IMG/VR virus record: IMGVR_UViG_3300042868_005134
Coordinates: 319,412-383,411 of that record
Direction: 5' to 3' (one strand)
DNA: 64,000 nucleotides
Part shown: positions 31,567 to 39,355 of the stretch, piece after piece
How the letters are laid out: each line of letters begins with the position of its first letter
Numbering within the stretch: the first letter of the stretch is position 1
Position numbers and translations under genes: made by a program
The notes under the pieces: model-generated
Seen by the model: only the letters and a program-made list of their open reading frames with translations
The model's database searches: none
What the model was told of the DNA's origin: nothing

Positions 31567-32026
31567 CCGATCTAAAAGTTCTCCAGTCGTCTAAATTAGG
31601 CTTTTCGTCCGAATCGTATGTCCAGCCGAGGGCTTTCATCATACGATGCTTGACCAAAAGATTTGGACTACGGAATCGACCCGTATCTTCAAAACCCAAC
31701 ATGACTCCAAGCTCACAAACCGCACCCGATCTGCAAACGCCGGCGTAGCAATGAACTACAACGTTCATACGGTTAGCCAAAGCGTGTTGTAGCAGTCGAA
31801 CAAGTTCAGCGGCCTGCTCATGACTACACCGCATGGCTTCGTCTAATGCAAAGTCCTTTTCTTCTATGTCTAAAAATTCAAAGTTATGTTGTTCTTTGAA
31901 CTTGTGTGCGGGTACGGGGCGCCAGCTGGCTGGATCAACAATGCTGATCAGCATACTGTTCTCTCCGGCTTCGTGATGGAACCTTGTGGGTATATCAGCA
32001 GCCGCTACGTTTTCAATCCATGGCAT
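31559..32026 (-). CDS. Cys-based (PTP/dual-specificity) phosphatase
   Basis: VHCYAGVCRS CX5R motif. Confidence 0.85.
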   Translation of the reverse strand: MPWIENVAAADIPTRFHHEAGENSMLISIVDPASWRPVPAHKFKEQHNFEFLDIEEKDFALDEAMRCSHEQAAELVRLLQHALANRMNVVVHCYAGVCRSGAVCELGVMLGFEDTGRFRSPNLLVKHRMMKALGWTYDSDEKPNLDDWRTFRSVD

Positions 32027-32035
32027 ATATGCCTC

Positions 32036-32242
32036 CTAAGTTTCTATGTCGATGTGTCGACCTTTGTCTAAATCTAGACGAAGATTCCTTGCCACTCGTT
32101 CTGCTATTATTTGATCAAGTCTGCGCTGTTCAATCTGCTTGCTGTAATCTTGTTCTCGTTGTTTTTCCAATCGAGACTGATCCAGACGATACTGTTCTTG
32201 ATTATATTTTATAACACTTTGTTCTGCTCTTGATATTTCCAT
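32036..32242 (-). CDS. Hypothetical protein
   Basis: 68-aa charged ORF. Confidence 0.5.
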   Translation of the reverse strand: MEISRAEQSVIKYNQEQYRLDQSRLEKQREQDYSKQIEQRRLDQIIAERVARNLRLDLDKGRHIDIET

Positions 32243-32469
32243 TACACTCGTTCCTTTTTAACACGGCCGATGCGACTCGCCTTGTTCCAATCATAAACAA
32301 CACCATCTGGGCATAGTCCGTTTTTAACGCTGTCAACACCAAACATGCCCACAATTTCAAAATCTGGACCTGTGATAGAGACAAACTCATTCATTGCCTT
32401 GGCAGTGCTCATTGCTTCATCCAATGTTGTTACATCGAATGTTACTACCGATCCTTTTACCTTATACAT
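32242..32469 (-). CDS. Hypothetical protein
   Basis: 75-aa ORF starting MYKVKGS. Confidence 0.5.
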   Translation of the reverse strand: MYKVKGSVVTFDVTTLDEAMSTAKAMNEFVSITGPDFEIVGMFGVDSVKNGLCPDGVVYDWNKASRIGRVKKERV

Positions 32470-32872
32470 TTTTTGTTCTATCTTCAAAATTTTCATCATT
32501 ACATAACGGATCAAATATCAACATCATTGCGCCTTCCAAATATGTGCGATCAACTGCTTTTGAGCATTCAAAATATTCGATAGTCCATGATACAGGATCC
32601 CACCATTGTTCTTCTCGGGTCGCTTTCCAACCCTTACCGTGGCTAGTGCCTTCTTTCAGAATGGCATACGCCTTATTGTGGTGATGTTCAAAACGAGCAC
32701 GGATGCCTGAACCACCACCGCCTTGTCCTACATAAATGCAAGTATCACCTTGCCAAATGCTGTACAGTCCATTACTTTTTGGTAACGATTTAAACTCGTT
32801 AAAAGAATGGGTTTGGATAGCTGGGCTAATGCCGCAACGCTGAAAGTCGGGTTGTAGTTTTGCTAATTTCAT
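32462..32872 (-). CDS. GIY-YIG nuclease-like protein
   Basis: GLYSI...IYVGQ...IRARFEHH...E...N; start refined to MKLAKLQ. Confidence 0.7.
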   Translation of the reverse strand: MKLAKLQPDFQRCGISPAIQTHSFNEFKSLPKSNGLYSIWQGDTCIYVGQGGGGSGIRARFEHHHNKAYAILKEGTSHGKGWKATREEQWWDPVSWTIEYFECSKAVDRTYLEGAMMLIFDPLCNDENFEDRTKNV

Positions 32873-32878
32873 ATCATT

Positions 32879-32907
32879 ATTATAACAGCATCTGACTATC
32901 TTGTCAA
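32879..32907 (-). promoter_or_regulatory. Consensus sigma70 promoter with extended -10
   Basis: TTGACA-17-TATAAT preceded by TG; ATG at about +1. Confidence 0.85.
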
Positions 32908-32917
32908 TAGCCAAATG

Positions 32918-32935
32918 TGTTGTATATTTACAACA
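32918..32935. promoter_or_regulatory. Palindromic operator-like site TGTTGTA-N4-TACAACA
   Basis: Perfect inverted repeat 10 nt upstream of a -35; copies at 45884 and 46064. Confidence 0.55.
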
Positions 32936-33046
32936 TTTATGACCCATTTAAATGCCCTACAAGCGTCGATAACGGTTCTAAGCAGGTCAACATTGCCCTA
33001 GCTGTTTTAAACTCAGTGTAGGGCTGTATTTTGGGTAACAACAGCC

Positions 33047-33073
33047 AAAAAAATAGCACCCGAAGGTGCTATT
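33047..33073 (-). terminator. Intrinsic terminator
   Basis: AATAGCACC-TTCG-GGTGCTATT followed by a U-tract. Confidence 0.85.
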
Positions 33074-33090
33074 CAAAACTAAGTTTTTGC

Positions 33091-34191
33091 TTAAAAAGCA
33101 TCGTAGTAGTGGAAGTTCTTTTCTTTCACTTTGGTAAGTGTAAGAGCATGACCATCCTTGTTCATGAAGATAAACATGCCACTTTGTGGATCAATCTTTT
33201 GGATTTCAGCTGGCGTAAAACTAGCTTCTTCCCAGTTCCAATCTGCATCTTCCTTGTCGTCGTCTTTGTCAGTCCAGGGTAGGCCTGCGTTAGACACTTT
33301 GAACGACAAGTGGATCTTGCTTTGGAGTGGATTACCTTTCCATTCGCGAGACTCCAGATGCTTTTGTTCAACAGGAATACCTTTGAAGCTCAGTTGAGTT
33401 GAATACTTGTTGCCGTCATCAAATTCTGGTTTGGCATTCAACATCTTCAATGCTTCTTCAGGAGATTCATTGTAGCGATTCATTTCTTCAACTAATGCTT
33501 TCAGCATGTCAAAGTTGAACTGGTTAAACAACATGGCAATTGAGCAAATCTTAGCAATGTGTTCCTTGGCATTCAAGTTGTCCTCACAGTACTCGATGAT
33601 AAAGTCCTGTGTCAAGCCTGTGTAGTCCAGCATGTAGTAGATACGACCTGGACGATTACGCATGTGGCTATCCACACGCCACTTGTCGTTACAGGTAATC
33701 ACAAACATTTTCTTGCTGGGGAATACACCGTCCAACAAAGTCAGCATGGCTTCTTGCTCTTGTGCGTCGTAGACTTTTTCAAACTCGTCAAACAACACAA
33801 CACATGGTTGCTCGATAGCCTGAATCAAGGCATTGAACTTATCACCGGTCCACGCATTGTTAATAACAATGGTAGGATGGCCTTGATTGGCTGCATGAAT
33901 TGACAAGGCTTTTGCCAGCAAACTTTTGCCGCTACCTTTCTCACCAGTAAGCATTACGCCAGTGCTGGCACTACGATCCATGAATGTATTAAAAATACGA
34001 TTTGTATTTTTGTCTAAGTCGCCGTACCGCTTGCCTTTGATCTCAAACGAATCAATTTGTTCAAGATACAACTCACCACTCATTGGATTTTCTTTAATGG
34101 TAAAATTAGCCGCTGGTAGTGCCTCGTGTAGGTCCATGGCTTCTTTTGATGTTACACGAAACGAGATTCCTGATTTTAAAAAATATGACAT
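33091..34191 (-). CDS. AAA+ ATPase
   Basis: GEKGSGKS Walker A, VLFDEFEK Walker B and NRPGR arginine finger. Confidence 0.9.
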   Translation of the reverse strand: MSYFLKSGISFRVTSKEAMDLHEALPAANFTIKENPMSGELYLEQIDSFEIKGKRYGDLDKNTNRIFNTFMDRSASTGVMLTGEKGSGKSLLAKALSIHAANQGHPTIVINNAWTGDKFNALIQAIEQPCVVLFDEFEKVYDAQEQEAMLTLLDGVFPSKKMFVITCNDKWRVDSHMRNRPGRIYYMLDYTGLTQDFIIEYCEDNLNAKEHIAKICSIAMLFNQFNFDMLKALVEEMNRYNESPEEALKMLNAKPEFDDGNKYSTQLSFKGIPVEQKHLESREWKGNPLQSKIHLSFKVSNAGLPWTDKDDDKEDADWNWEEASFTPAEIQKIDPQSGMFIFMNKDGHALTLTKVKEKNFHYYDAF

Positions 34192-34282
34192 GTTAGTCTT
34201 TTGATGTAGTGTAGTACAATTACTATAGGTTAATTATAACATCTAAAATGTTTCTAGTTGCCTACTTTGACAGAATTAATAT

Positions 34283-34311
34283 AAAAAAAATAGCACCCGA
34301 AGGTGCTATTT
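34283..34311 (-). terminator. Intrinsic terminator, identical to the one at 33047
   Basis: AATAGCACC-TTCG-GGTGCTATT followed by a U-tract. Confidence 0.85.
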
Positions 34312-34324
34312 AAAAACAATGTTT

Positions 34325-35740
34325 TTACAGCTTGTAACGATCACTCATTACAGTCTTAAGCATGATGCCTTCTGGAGTGAACTGATCCAAGTCAGCGGCT
34401 AGCAAGCTAGTCATTATACTTGGGCTGAATCCACTTACCAATGCGGCACCACTCTTGTCAGCCTTAACAGGCACGTTGTCTGAACTGTTTAGGTTCCAGA
34501 AAACAACTTGTGGCATGCTGTAGCCTGCGGCTTCGAACTTGCGTTCGATCATTTCCATTGCGCTGTCGTCGTGCTTGGCGCATTGGTCAAACTGCATGTC
34601 ACTCAAGATCAGCAACATGGCTGGCATGTCGCTGGCTGGTACTGAACCCTTAACCGCTACGTCTAGAATCTTGTTCATAGCCGCGTTTAGGTTAGTGCTC
34701 ATGTCCCAATCACTCTTGCTCATTTGAGCAACCTTGTCAACAATGTTACCCTTTAGAGTAACAAGTTCTGGCTTGCTAGAGAAAGTCAAGAAAGTGTCCT
34801 TGAACACACCCTTGTTCTTGTCTGCTAGGTACAGGCCCAAGCTGATTGAAACATCCATACAAGTCACATTAGTGTTCTTTCCTGCTGGGCAAGACATAGA
34901 ACCGCTAACGTCTACGATTGGCATGATGCTGGCATCTCCCACATAGTTTGGCAAAGCATCCCACTGTGCCACGATGTGGTCAGTGGCTGTCTTGTCCAAA
35001 ATTGCACGGTTGTAGCTTCCGATAACACCCTTCAACACGTCATGTGGGAAGATTGCGCTGGCGTTAACCTTGACAGTCTTGTCACCACTTACCAACTTGG
35101 CCACATACTCAGCGAATGCTGGTGTGTGACGGCTGAATGCCTTCTTGTAGTTGCGTGAAGCAACACTTGGCACGTGACTGAAGTTGATGTTGTCCCAGTC
35201 GTTGGCACACATTTGTGTTTCCACAACTGTGGTCATTCCCACTAAACTCTTACGATACTGCTTTGGAGTCATTCCAAAGAATGCTCGTACTTCAGCCGCA
35301 ATCTTGCCCTTACGAGGAGTCCACTTTGCGGCCAGACCGTTACGGGCACGTAGGGCATCGCCCAACATGGTATAAGCGGCTGACTTCAAGTCAGGGTTAG
35401 TGAAGACAAAGATGTCATCCCAACGGCCAACTTCAGGGATCTTGCGTAGCAAAGCCAAAGCGGCGTCTGGGTCACGCTTTTCTAGATGTACTAGAATGTC
35501 GCGGAACAATTGACGTTCACCTGCACCACCACGGACATCACGTGCCCATTGTGCGATGCGTAGTGCTACGTCACTGTTTTCTACATAAGCGGCAGTGAAG
35601 TCGCCTACAATGTTCTTACCACGGCTTGCGCCGATCTTGTAGAACAGGTCCACAGTGGCCTTGGCTGTGCTCTTACGTGCCTTCATGCCATTGGCAGTAC
35701 GGGCTTCTTGGTTTGCTATTGCTGTTACAAATGCGTTCAT
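34325..35740 (-). CDS. TROVE/Ro60-like protein with C-terminal vWA domain (DUF2828-like)
   Basis: ARDVRGGAGER, GRWDD and AAKWTPR in the helical region; MIDAS DVSGSM, T, SDMQFD; VFWNL and LVSGFS. Confidence 0.8.
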   Translation of the reverse strand: MNAFVTAIANQEARTANGMKARKSTAKATVDLFYKIGASRGKNIVGDFTAAYVENSDVALRIAQWARDVRGGAGERQLFRDILVHLEKRDPDAALALLRKIPEVGRWDDIFVFTNPDLKSAAYTMLGDALRARNGLAAKWTPRKGKIAAEVRAFFGMTPKQYRKSLVGMTTVVETQMCANDWDNINFSHVPSVASRNYKKAFSRHTPAFAEYVAKLVSGDKTVKVNASAIFPHDVLKGVIGSYNRAILDKTATDHIVAQWDALPNYVGDASIMPIVDVSGSMSCPAGKNTNVTCMDVSISLGLYLADKNKGVFKDTFLTFSSKPELVTLKGNIVDKVAQMSKSDWDMSTNLNAAMNKILDVAVKGSVPASDMPAMLLILSDMQFDQCAKHDDSAMEMIERKFEAAGYSMPQVVFWNLNSSDNVPVKADKSGAALVSGFSPSIMTSLLAADLDQFTPEGIMLKTVMSDRYKL

Positions 35741-35752
35741 TTTATTACCTCA

Positions 35753-35807
35753 CAGAATGTGTTTTTTTTCGATATGCGTGAAAATTTAAAGTTGCTGTTA
35801 ACATTCT
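35753..35807 (-). ncRNA. ACAGCAA-stem element 1, in the 5' UTR of the Ro60-like gene
   Basis: AGAATGT-TA-ACAGCAA...ACATTCTG immediately before the SD GAGG. Confidence 0.6.
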
Positions 35808-35817
35808 AAAACTTTAA

Positions 35818-36058
35818 CAGGATGATCGTGCCAATTTGTTTAGTATTCTGGTCTGACCAATTACGGCACTCAGACCCTATCAACATTCATGTTGACTATT
35901 CACACTCGGCTTTCTGTAGTGAACACATAGTATGTCTTTCCATACTGTCGTCTATTCCATCTGCGTACATGGTATTTCACATGTATAAACTTTTCAGTCC
36001 ACCCTTACGGGGCACATTCTATAGCATTAAGCGTTAGTTTAAATTGCTGTAGTCATCC
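35818..36058 (-). ncRNA. ACAGCAA-stem element 2 (Y RNA-like, about 240 nt)
   Basis: GGATGACTACAGCAA...TCATCCTG closing several hairpins. Confidence 0.65.
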
Positions 36059-36066
36059 AAATATAA

Positions 36067-36236
36067 CAGGATCGTTTTCTACTTTTTGTTTTTATCGAGG
36101 AGACTTATCGAAACTCCTCTATCTTCACTGTCCTTGCTTGCGCATTGTCTTTAACCTTCAAAGCCCCGAAAGGCTCCAGCTAATAACAGGGTAAGTGAAG
36201 CAATCCATAGTAATATGTAGTTGCTGTACCGATCCT
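36067..36236 (-). ncRNA. ACAGCAA-stem element 3 (Y RNA-like, about 170 nt)
   Basis: AGGATCGGTACAGCAA...CGATCCTG. Confidence 0.65.
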
Positions 36237-36273
36237 AAAACTGTCCACAAGCATTATTGCTTGCTATGTGACT

Positions 36274-36302
36274 ATTATAACAGTATTGCGCTGTCTTGTC
36301 AC
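36274..36302 (-). promoter_or_regulatory. Sigma70-type promoter for elements 3-2-1 and the Ro60-like gene
   Basis: GTGACA-17-TATAAT. Confidence 0.65.
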
Positions 36303-36333
36303 TACATTTTGGCTAAACTGCTAAAATATAAAT

Positions 36334-36410
36334 TGGTCGGAGTACAAGGATTCGAACCTTGGACCCCCTGGTCCCAAACCAGGTGCGCTACCAGACTGCG
36401 CTACACTCCG
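36334..36410 (-). tRNA. tRNA-Pro(TGG)
   Basis: Cloverleaf, TTCGAAT T-loop, encoded CCA. Confidence 0.95.
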
Positions 36411-36412
36411 AA

Positions 36413-36565
36413 TTAACTTGCTACAATATGCGGTATATATGGAACTGCTCTTGGACCACCATACAGTTGCTCGAAAAGTTTTTTAGCCTCTTGCGGTGTA
36501 TCCGCATAGATACGTTTCTTTTCTTCACCTTGAGGTGTTCTTACAGTTGCTTCATACATTGGCAT
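36413..36565 (-). CDS. Small hypothetical protein (50 aa)
   Basis: MPMYEATVRTPQG... with AAGGA RBS, between tRNAs. Confidence 0.55.
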   Translation of the reverse strand: MPMYEATVRTPQGEEKKRIYADTPQEAKKLFEQLYGGPRAVPYIPHIVAS

Positions 36566-36579
36566 ATTGTATCCTTAAA

Positions 36580-36655
36580 TGGTACCTGGTGTCAGACTCG
36601 AACTGACATCGTTCTCCGTGTAAAGGAGATGCATAACCTCTCTGCGCAACCAGGC
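36580..36655 (-). tRNA. tRNA-Val(TAC)
   Basis: Cloverleaf, CCA. Confidence 0.9.
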
Positions 36656-36664
36656 ATTAAATTT

Positions 36665-36738
36665 TGGAGCGGGATGGGAGAATCGAACTCCCGACATTAG
36701 ATTGGAAATCTAAGGTAATGCCATTTTACGAATCCCGC
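36665..36738 (-). tRNA. tRNA-Gly(TCC)
   Basis: Cloverleaf, U73, CCA. Confidence 0.93.
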
Positions 36739-36744
36739 ACACTT

Positions 36745-36866
36745 TATAGGTGCTCTCTGTGGCGCTTGAATCCACGGCAGCCCTTCTCTTCATGGCCGGT
36801 CCTTGCTTTGGTCGACGTTGGCAAGTTTCTCGGTGTTCCATTGTAGCTACTCAGAAAGCACGTATA
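36745..36866 (-). ncRNA. Unassigned structured RNA candidate
   Basis: Terminal stem TATACGTGCTTTCTG/CAGAGAGCACCTATA enclosing GC-rich hairpins. Confidence 0.45.
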
Positions 36867-36868
36867 AA

Positions 36869-37072
36869 GTGTCCGGCTACTCACACCACATGAGCCCCGG
36901 ACTGAGCAGTTACTCTGTCCATAACATTTTCTTCTTCTGGAAAGGCTGTTAATCCTCACCCTAGGCAGTTTCCAGTATCCCTTAAATGGGGACTGTGAGG
37001 TCAGGTCCTAGTGTACCCTCTGGTCTATCGTTACAGAGACGCTATTTCGTTACGTAGAAATAGTAAGACGGG
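36869..37072 (-). ncRNA. Unassigned multi-hairpin RNA candidate
   Basis: Hairpins CTATTTC/GAAATAG, CTCTG/CAGAG, CCTCAC/GTGAGG and GTCCGG/CCGGAC; no credible ORF. Confidence 0.45.
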
Positions 37073-37079
37073 TTTTTAA

Positions 37080-37196
37080 CAGGATAGGCTTTGCCTTATT
37101 TTTTATTTAAAACTTGACAAAGCGAACAAGTTCGTCCGGGTCGCCCCAGACCTTTGATACGGTTATTCACCGTTAGTGGTTTGCTGTCTCTATCCT
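37080..37196 (-). ncRNA. ACAGCAA-stem element 4
   Basis: AGGATAGAGACAGCAA...CTATCCTG. Confidence 0.65.
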
Positions 37197-37201
37197 AAAA
37201 C

Positions 37202-37276
37202 TGGTGCCCAATGTCTGATTCGAACAGACGACCTACCGCTTACAAGGCGGTTGCTCTACCCCTGAGCCAATCGGGC
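37202..37276 (-). tRNA. tRNA-Thr(TGT)
   Basis: Cloverleaf, CCA. Confidence 0.93.
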
Positions 37277-37282
37277 TATATG

Positions 37283-37465
37283 TTACTTATTTGTTGCTGT
37301 CTGTATATTATAATTGATTTGACTTTGTTTGTCAAGTCTTTCAAATTCTTCATCTTCAAGTTTGGCTTCTTCTAGACGCCTAGGATCAGGCTTTCGAAAA
37401 ATAGTATCATAATTCGAACCAAATGCTTTCAAATCTGTTGGACGTTGTTTACTGCCCTTACTCAT
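37283..37465 (-). CDS. Small hypothetical protein
   Basis: MSKGSKQRP...NYDTIF; AGGAG RBS. Confidence 0.55.
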   Translation of the reverse strand: MSKGSKQRPTDLKAFGSNYDTIFRKPDPRRLEEAKLEDEEFERLDKQSQINYNIQTATNK

Positions 37466-37484
37466 AATAAACTCCTACTATTCT

Positions 37485-37560
37485 TGGTGGAGGTGACAAG
37501 GATCGAACTTGCTACATCCTGCTTGCAAAGCAGGCGCTCTCCCAAATGAGCTACACCCCC
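37485..37560 (-). tRNA. tRNA-Ala(TGC)
   Basis: Cloverleaf, G3:U70, CCA. Confidence 0.95.
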
Positions 37561-37566
37561 AAATAT

Positions 37567-37642
37567 TGGCTCCACAGCCTGGGCTCGAACCAGGGACCAA
37601 TTGATTAACAGTCAACTACTCTACCAACTGAGCTACTGCGGA
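37567..37642 (-). tRNA. tRNA-Asn(GTT)
   Basis: Cloverleaf, CCA. Confidence 0.95.
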
Positions 37643-37649
37643 ATAATTC

Positions 37650-37871
37650 TTAAACTTGAGTACTTGCTGTACCCGTATCATTTGTTTGGTAATTTGCGGC
37701 ACCCTGTGGACGCTTGTTATCTCGCGGTTCACGTTTTGGAACAATGGCAGCGGCTAATTCTGCTTGGATCATTGCTCTCTTAAATTCGTTACGCTCATGT
37801 GCGTCAACGATAGTACACATGAATCTTTTTGACTGCTTACTGAGCTTGAATGTCTTGTTTGGTTTTAACAT
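37650..37871 (-). CDS. Small basic hypothetical protein
   Basis: MLKPNKTFKLSK... with AAGGT RBS; the longer track ORF overlaps tRNA-Ser. Confidence 0.55.
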   Translation of the reverse strand: MLKPNKTFKLSKQSKRFMCTIVDAHERNEFKRAMIQAELAAAIVPKREPRDNKRPQGAANYQTNDTGTASTQV

Positions 37872-37891
37872 AATTACCTTTTTAAAAAACT

Positions 37892-37981
37892 TGGCGGAAC
37901 GACTGAGACTCGAACTCAGAACCCGGATTACGCCGAGCGACAGATTAGCAATCTGCTCTAATACCATTATAGGACCGTTCC
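37892..37981 (-). tRNA. tRNA-Ser(GCT)
   Basis: Long variable arm, G73, CCA. Confidence 0.92.
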
Positions 37982-37991
37982 ATATATACTA

Positions 37992-38100
37992 TGTAGCTGG
38001 GAGGCTTCGAACCTCCATGGAATCCTGGATTATATCCTGACCCGTCCCCTGACCTATGCTATGAGCATAGCGGGAGCTTTGCCTATTTGCTTACAGCTAC
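37992..38100 (-). ncRNA. tRNA-like RNA with expanded anticodon domain (CAT loop) and no encoded CCA
   Basis: GTAGCTG/CAGCTAC acceptor, D-arm, GGAGG-TTCGAAG-CCTCC T-arm; CCCG/CGGG stem bearing a CTATG-CTCATAG-CATAG hairpin. Confidence 0.6.
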
Positions 38101-38106
38101 ACAGTA

Positions 38107-38135
38107 ATTATACAATCTAGCTGTGAGTATGTCAA
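38107..38135 (-). promoter_or_regulatory. Consensus sigma70 promoter
   Basis: TTGACA-17-TATAAT. Confidence 0.85.
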
Positions 38136-38141
38136 GTGTTT

Positions 38142-38216
38142 TGGCGGGTCTTGAGAGGATCGAACTCCCACCCTCGGTTTCGAAGACCGAGATGATATCC
38201 ATTTCACCAAAGACCC
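38142..38216 (-). tRNA. tRNA-Arg(TCG)
   Basis: Cloverleaf, A20, CCA. Confidence 0.9.
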
Positions 38217-38220
38217 TAAC

Positions 38221-38295
38221 TGGCCTCGCCACCCGGAATCGAACCAGGATCTACTCTTTAGGAGAGAGTGGTTCTATCCATTGAACTATGGCGAG
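38221..38295 (-). tRNA. tRNA-Arg(CCT)
   Basis: Cloverleaf, CCA. Confidence 0.9.
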
Positions 38296-38303
38296 ATATA
38301 AAT

Positions 38304-38395
38304 TGGTACCAGCGGAGGGAATCGAACCCTCTCAAGAACGCTAATCTGGCGCTAAAAGGCTTATAAGACCTCTCTGACTTCCAAGTCTCGCTGGC
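38304..38395 (-). tRNA. Atypical tRNA with TAT anticodon (Ile), long variable arm and 4-nt D-loop
   Basis: GAGGT-CTTATAA-GCCTT anticodon arm; GACT-TGGA-AGTC D-arm; 92 nt; CCA. Confidence 0.75.
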
Positions 38396-38404
38396 ATAAA
38401 AATG

Positions 38405-38626
38405 AATTTGTTAAAGATGTTCCACCACATTATAGGAACCATTCACCCGAATTAACAAGCTCGAGCGGGATTCGGTAAGTTACTTGGAATACTTGTCCAG
38501 CTTGCAACCGATCTGCCCGCGGACACTACGTGCCCGGGTGGGAGTCGAACCCATTACCTTCTACTATATCAGTCCTTCGAAGAAACCTAGATAGCGTGAC
38601 TTTCTCTTGCTAACACTCTAACAAAA
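38405..38626 (-). ncRNA. Unassigned structured RNA of about 220 nt containing a T-arm-like hairpin
   Basis: Terminal stem TTTGTTAGAG/CTTTAACAAA; internal TGGG-TTCGACT-CCCA; several GC hairpins. Confidence 0.5.
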
Positions 38627-38628
38627 CT

Positions 38629-38702
38629 TGGAGCGGGATAGGAGAATCGAACTCCTGACTAAACCTTGGCAAGGTTTCGTTTGACCATTAAACTAATCCC
38701 GC
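38629..38702 (-). tRNA. tRNA-Gly(GCC)
   Basis: Cloverleaf, CCA. Confidence 0.93.
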
Positions 38703-38709
38703 ATTATAT

Positions 38710-38786
38710 TGGTGCCCAGGGCGAGACTCGAACTCGCAAAATTTGGCTTCTAAGACCAACACGTATACCAATTCCATCACCTGGGC
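38710..38786 (-). tRNA. tRNA-Leu(TAG), short variable loop
   Basis: 77 nt, A73, CCA. Confidence 0.85.
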
Positions 38787-38792
38787 TTAATT

Positions 38793-38866
38793 TGGATGCG
38801 GGTGACAGATTCGAACTGCCGATGCACCTGGCTTATGAGACCGGTGTGGTAACCACCCTACCCGCG
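38793..38866 (-). tRNA. Atypical tRNA-Met(CAT) with C1xA72 mismatch and reduced D-arm
   Basis: CGCGGGT/ACCCGCA acceptor, CTCATAA loop, bulged anticodon stem, CCA. Confidence 0.7.
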
Positions 38867-38876
38867 TAACTATTTA

Positions 38877-39107
38877 TTATCTGACTCTTCGCAGATAATC
38901 TGAATTGATTTTTCCACTCTGTATTTCTAACAGAGCTGTAACCGGAGCATTCAATTGCTCAGGACTTTCACTTAATCTGTGTTGCCTTGCCAATTCTCTT
39001 GCTCGAATTGCGGCAACAATAACAAGGTCGAATCTGTTGCCTATGTTGCTAACACAGATATCGGTATTGATATCTGTTCCCCGACTTGCTATATTATTAC
39101 GTTTCAT
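38877..39107 (-). CDS. rpoZ: RNA polymerase omega subunit-like protein
   Basis: NRFDLVIVAAIRARELA...PVTALLEI..GKI. Confidence 0.85.
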   Translation of the reverse strand: MKRNNIASRGTDINTDICVSNIGNRFDLVIVAAIRARELARQHRLSESPEQLNAPVTALLEIQSGKINSDYLRRVR

Positions 39108-39127
39108 AAGTTTCCTATTAAAAAAAT

Positions 39128-39201
39128 TGGCGTACCCACTAGGACTCGAACCTAGACTGACGGTTTTGGAGACCGCGATGCTGCCATTACACTATGGATA
39201 C
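39128..39201 (-). tRNA. tRNA-Trp(CCA)
   Basis: Cloverleaf, CCA. Confidence 0.92.
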
Positions 39202-39207
39202 ATATTG

Positions 39208-39353
39208 AATTTGTCTATCGTCACACAATGTCCAAGTCGTGCGCTGAACCCTACTGCTATTACGTTCGGGCTTGCTACGGGCTTCGAGTACATACACAAG
39301 TGTCTTGGGCGACTCGCGTATCACATAAGGGTAACCGTACACACATAAACAAA
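39208..39353 (-). ncRNA. Unassigned structured spacer RNA candidate
   Basis: Terminal stem TTTGTTTAT/ATAGACAAA with a GC-rich interior, between tRNA-Asp and tRNA-Trp. Confidence 0.35.
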
Positions 39354-39355
39354 AC

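Noticed and set aside
32462-32872. GIY-YIG ORF as an intron-encoded homing endonuclease
   Set aside because: It is free-standing with its own promoter, interrupts no gene and has no visible DNA-binding extension.
32945-33030. GCCCTACA...TGTAGGGC inverted repeat as an origin or ncRNA
   Set aside because: A single 8-bp repeat with a long loop and no other support.
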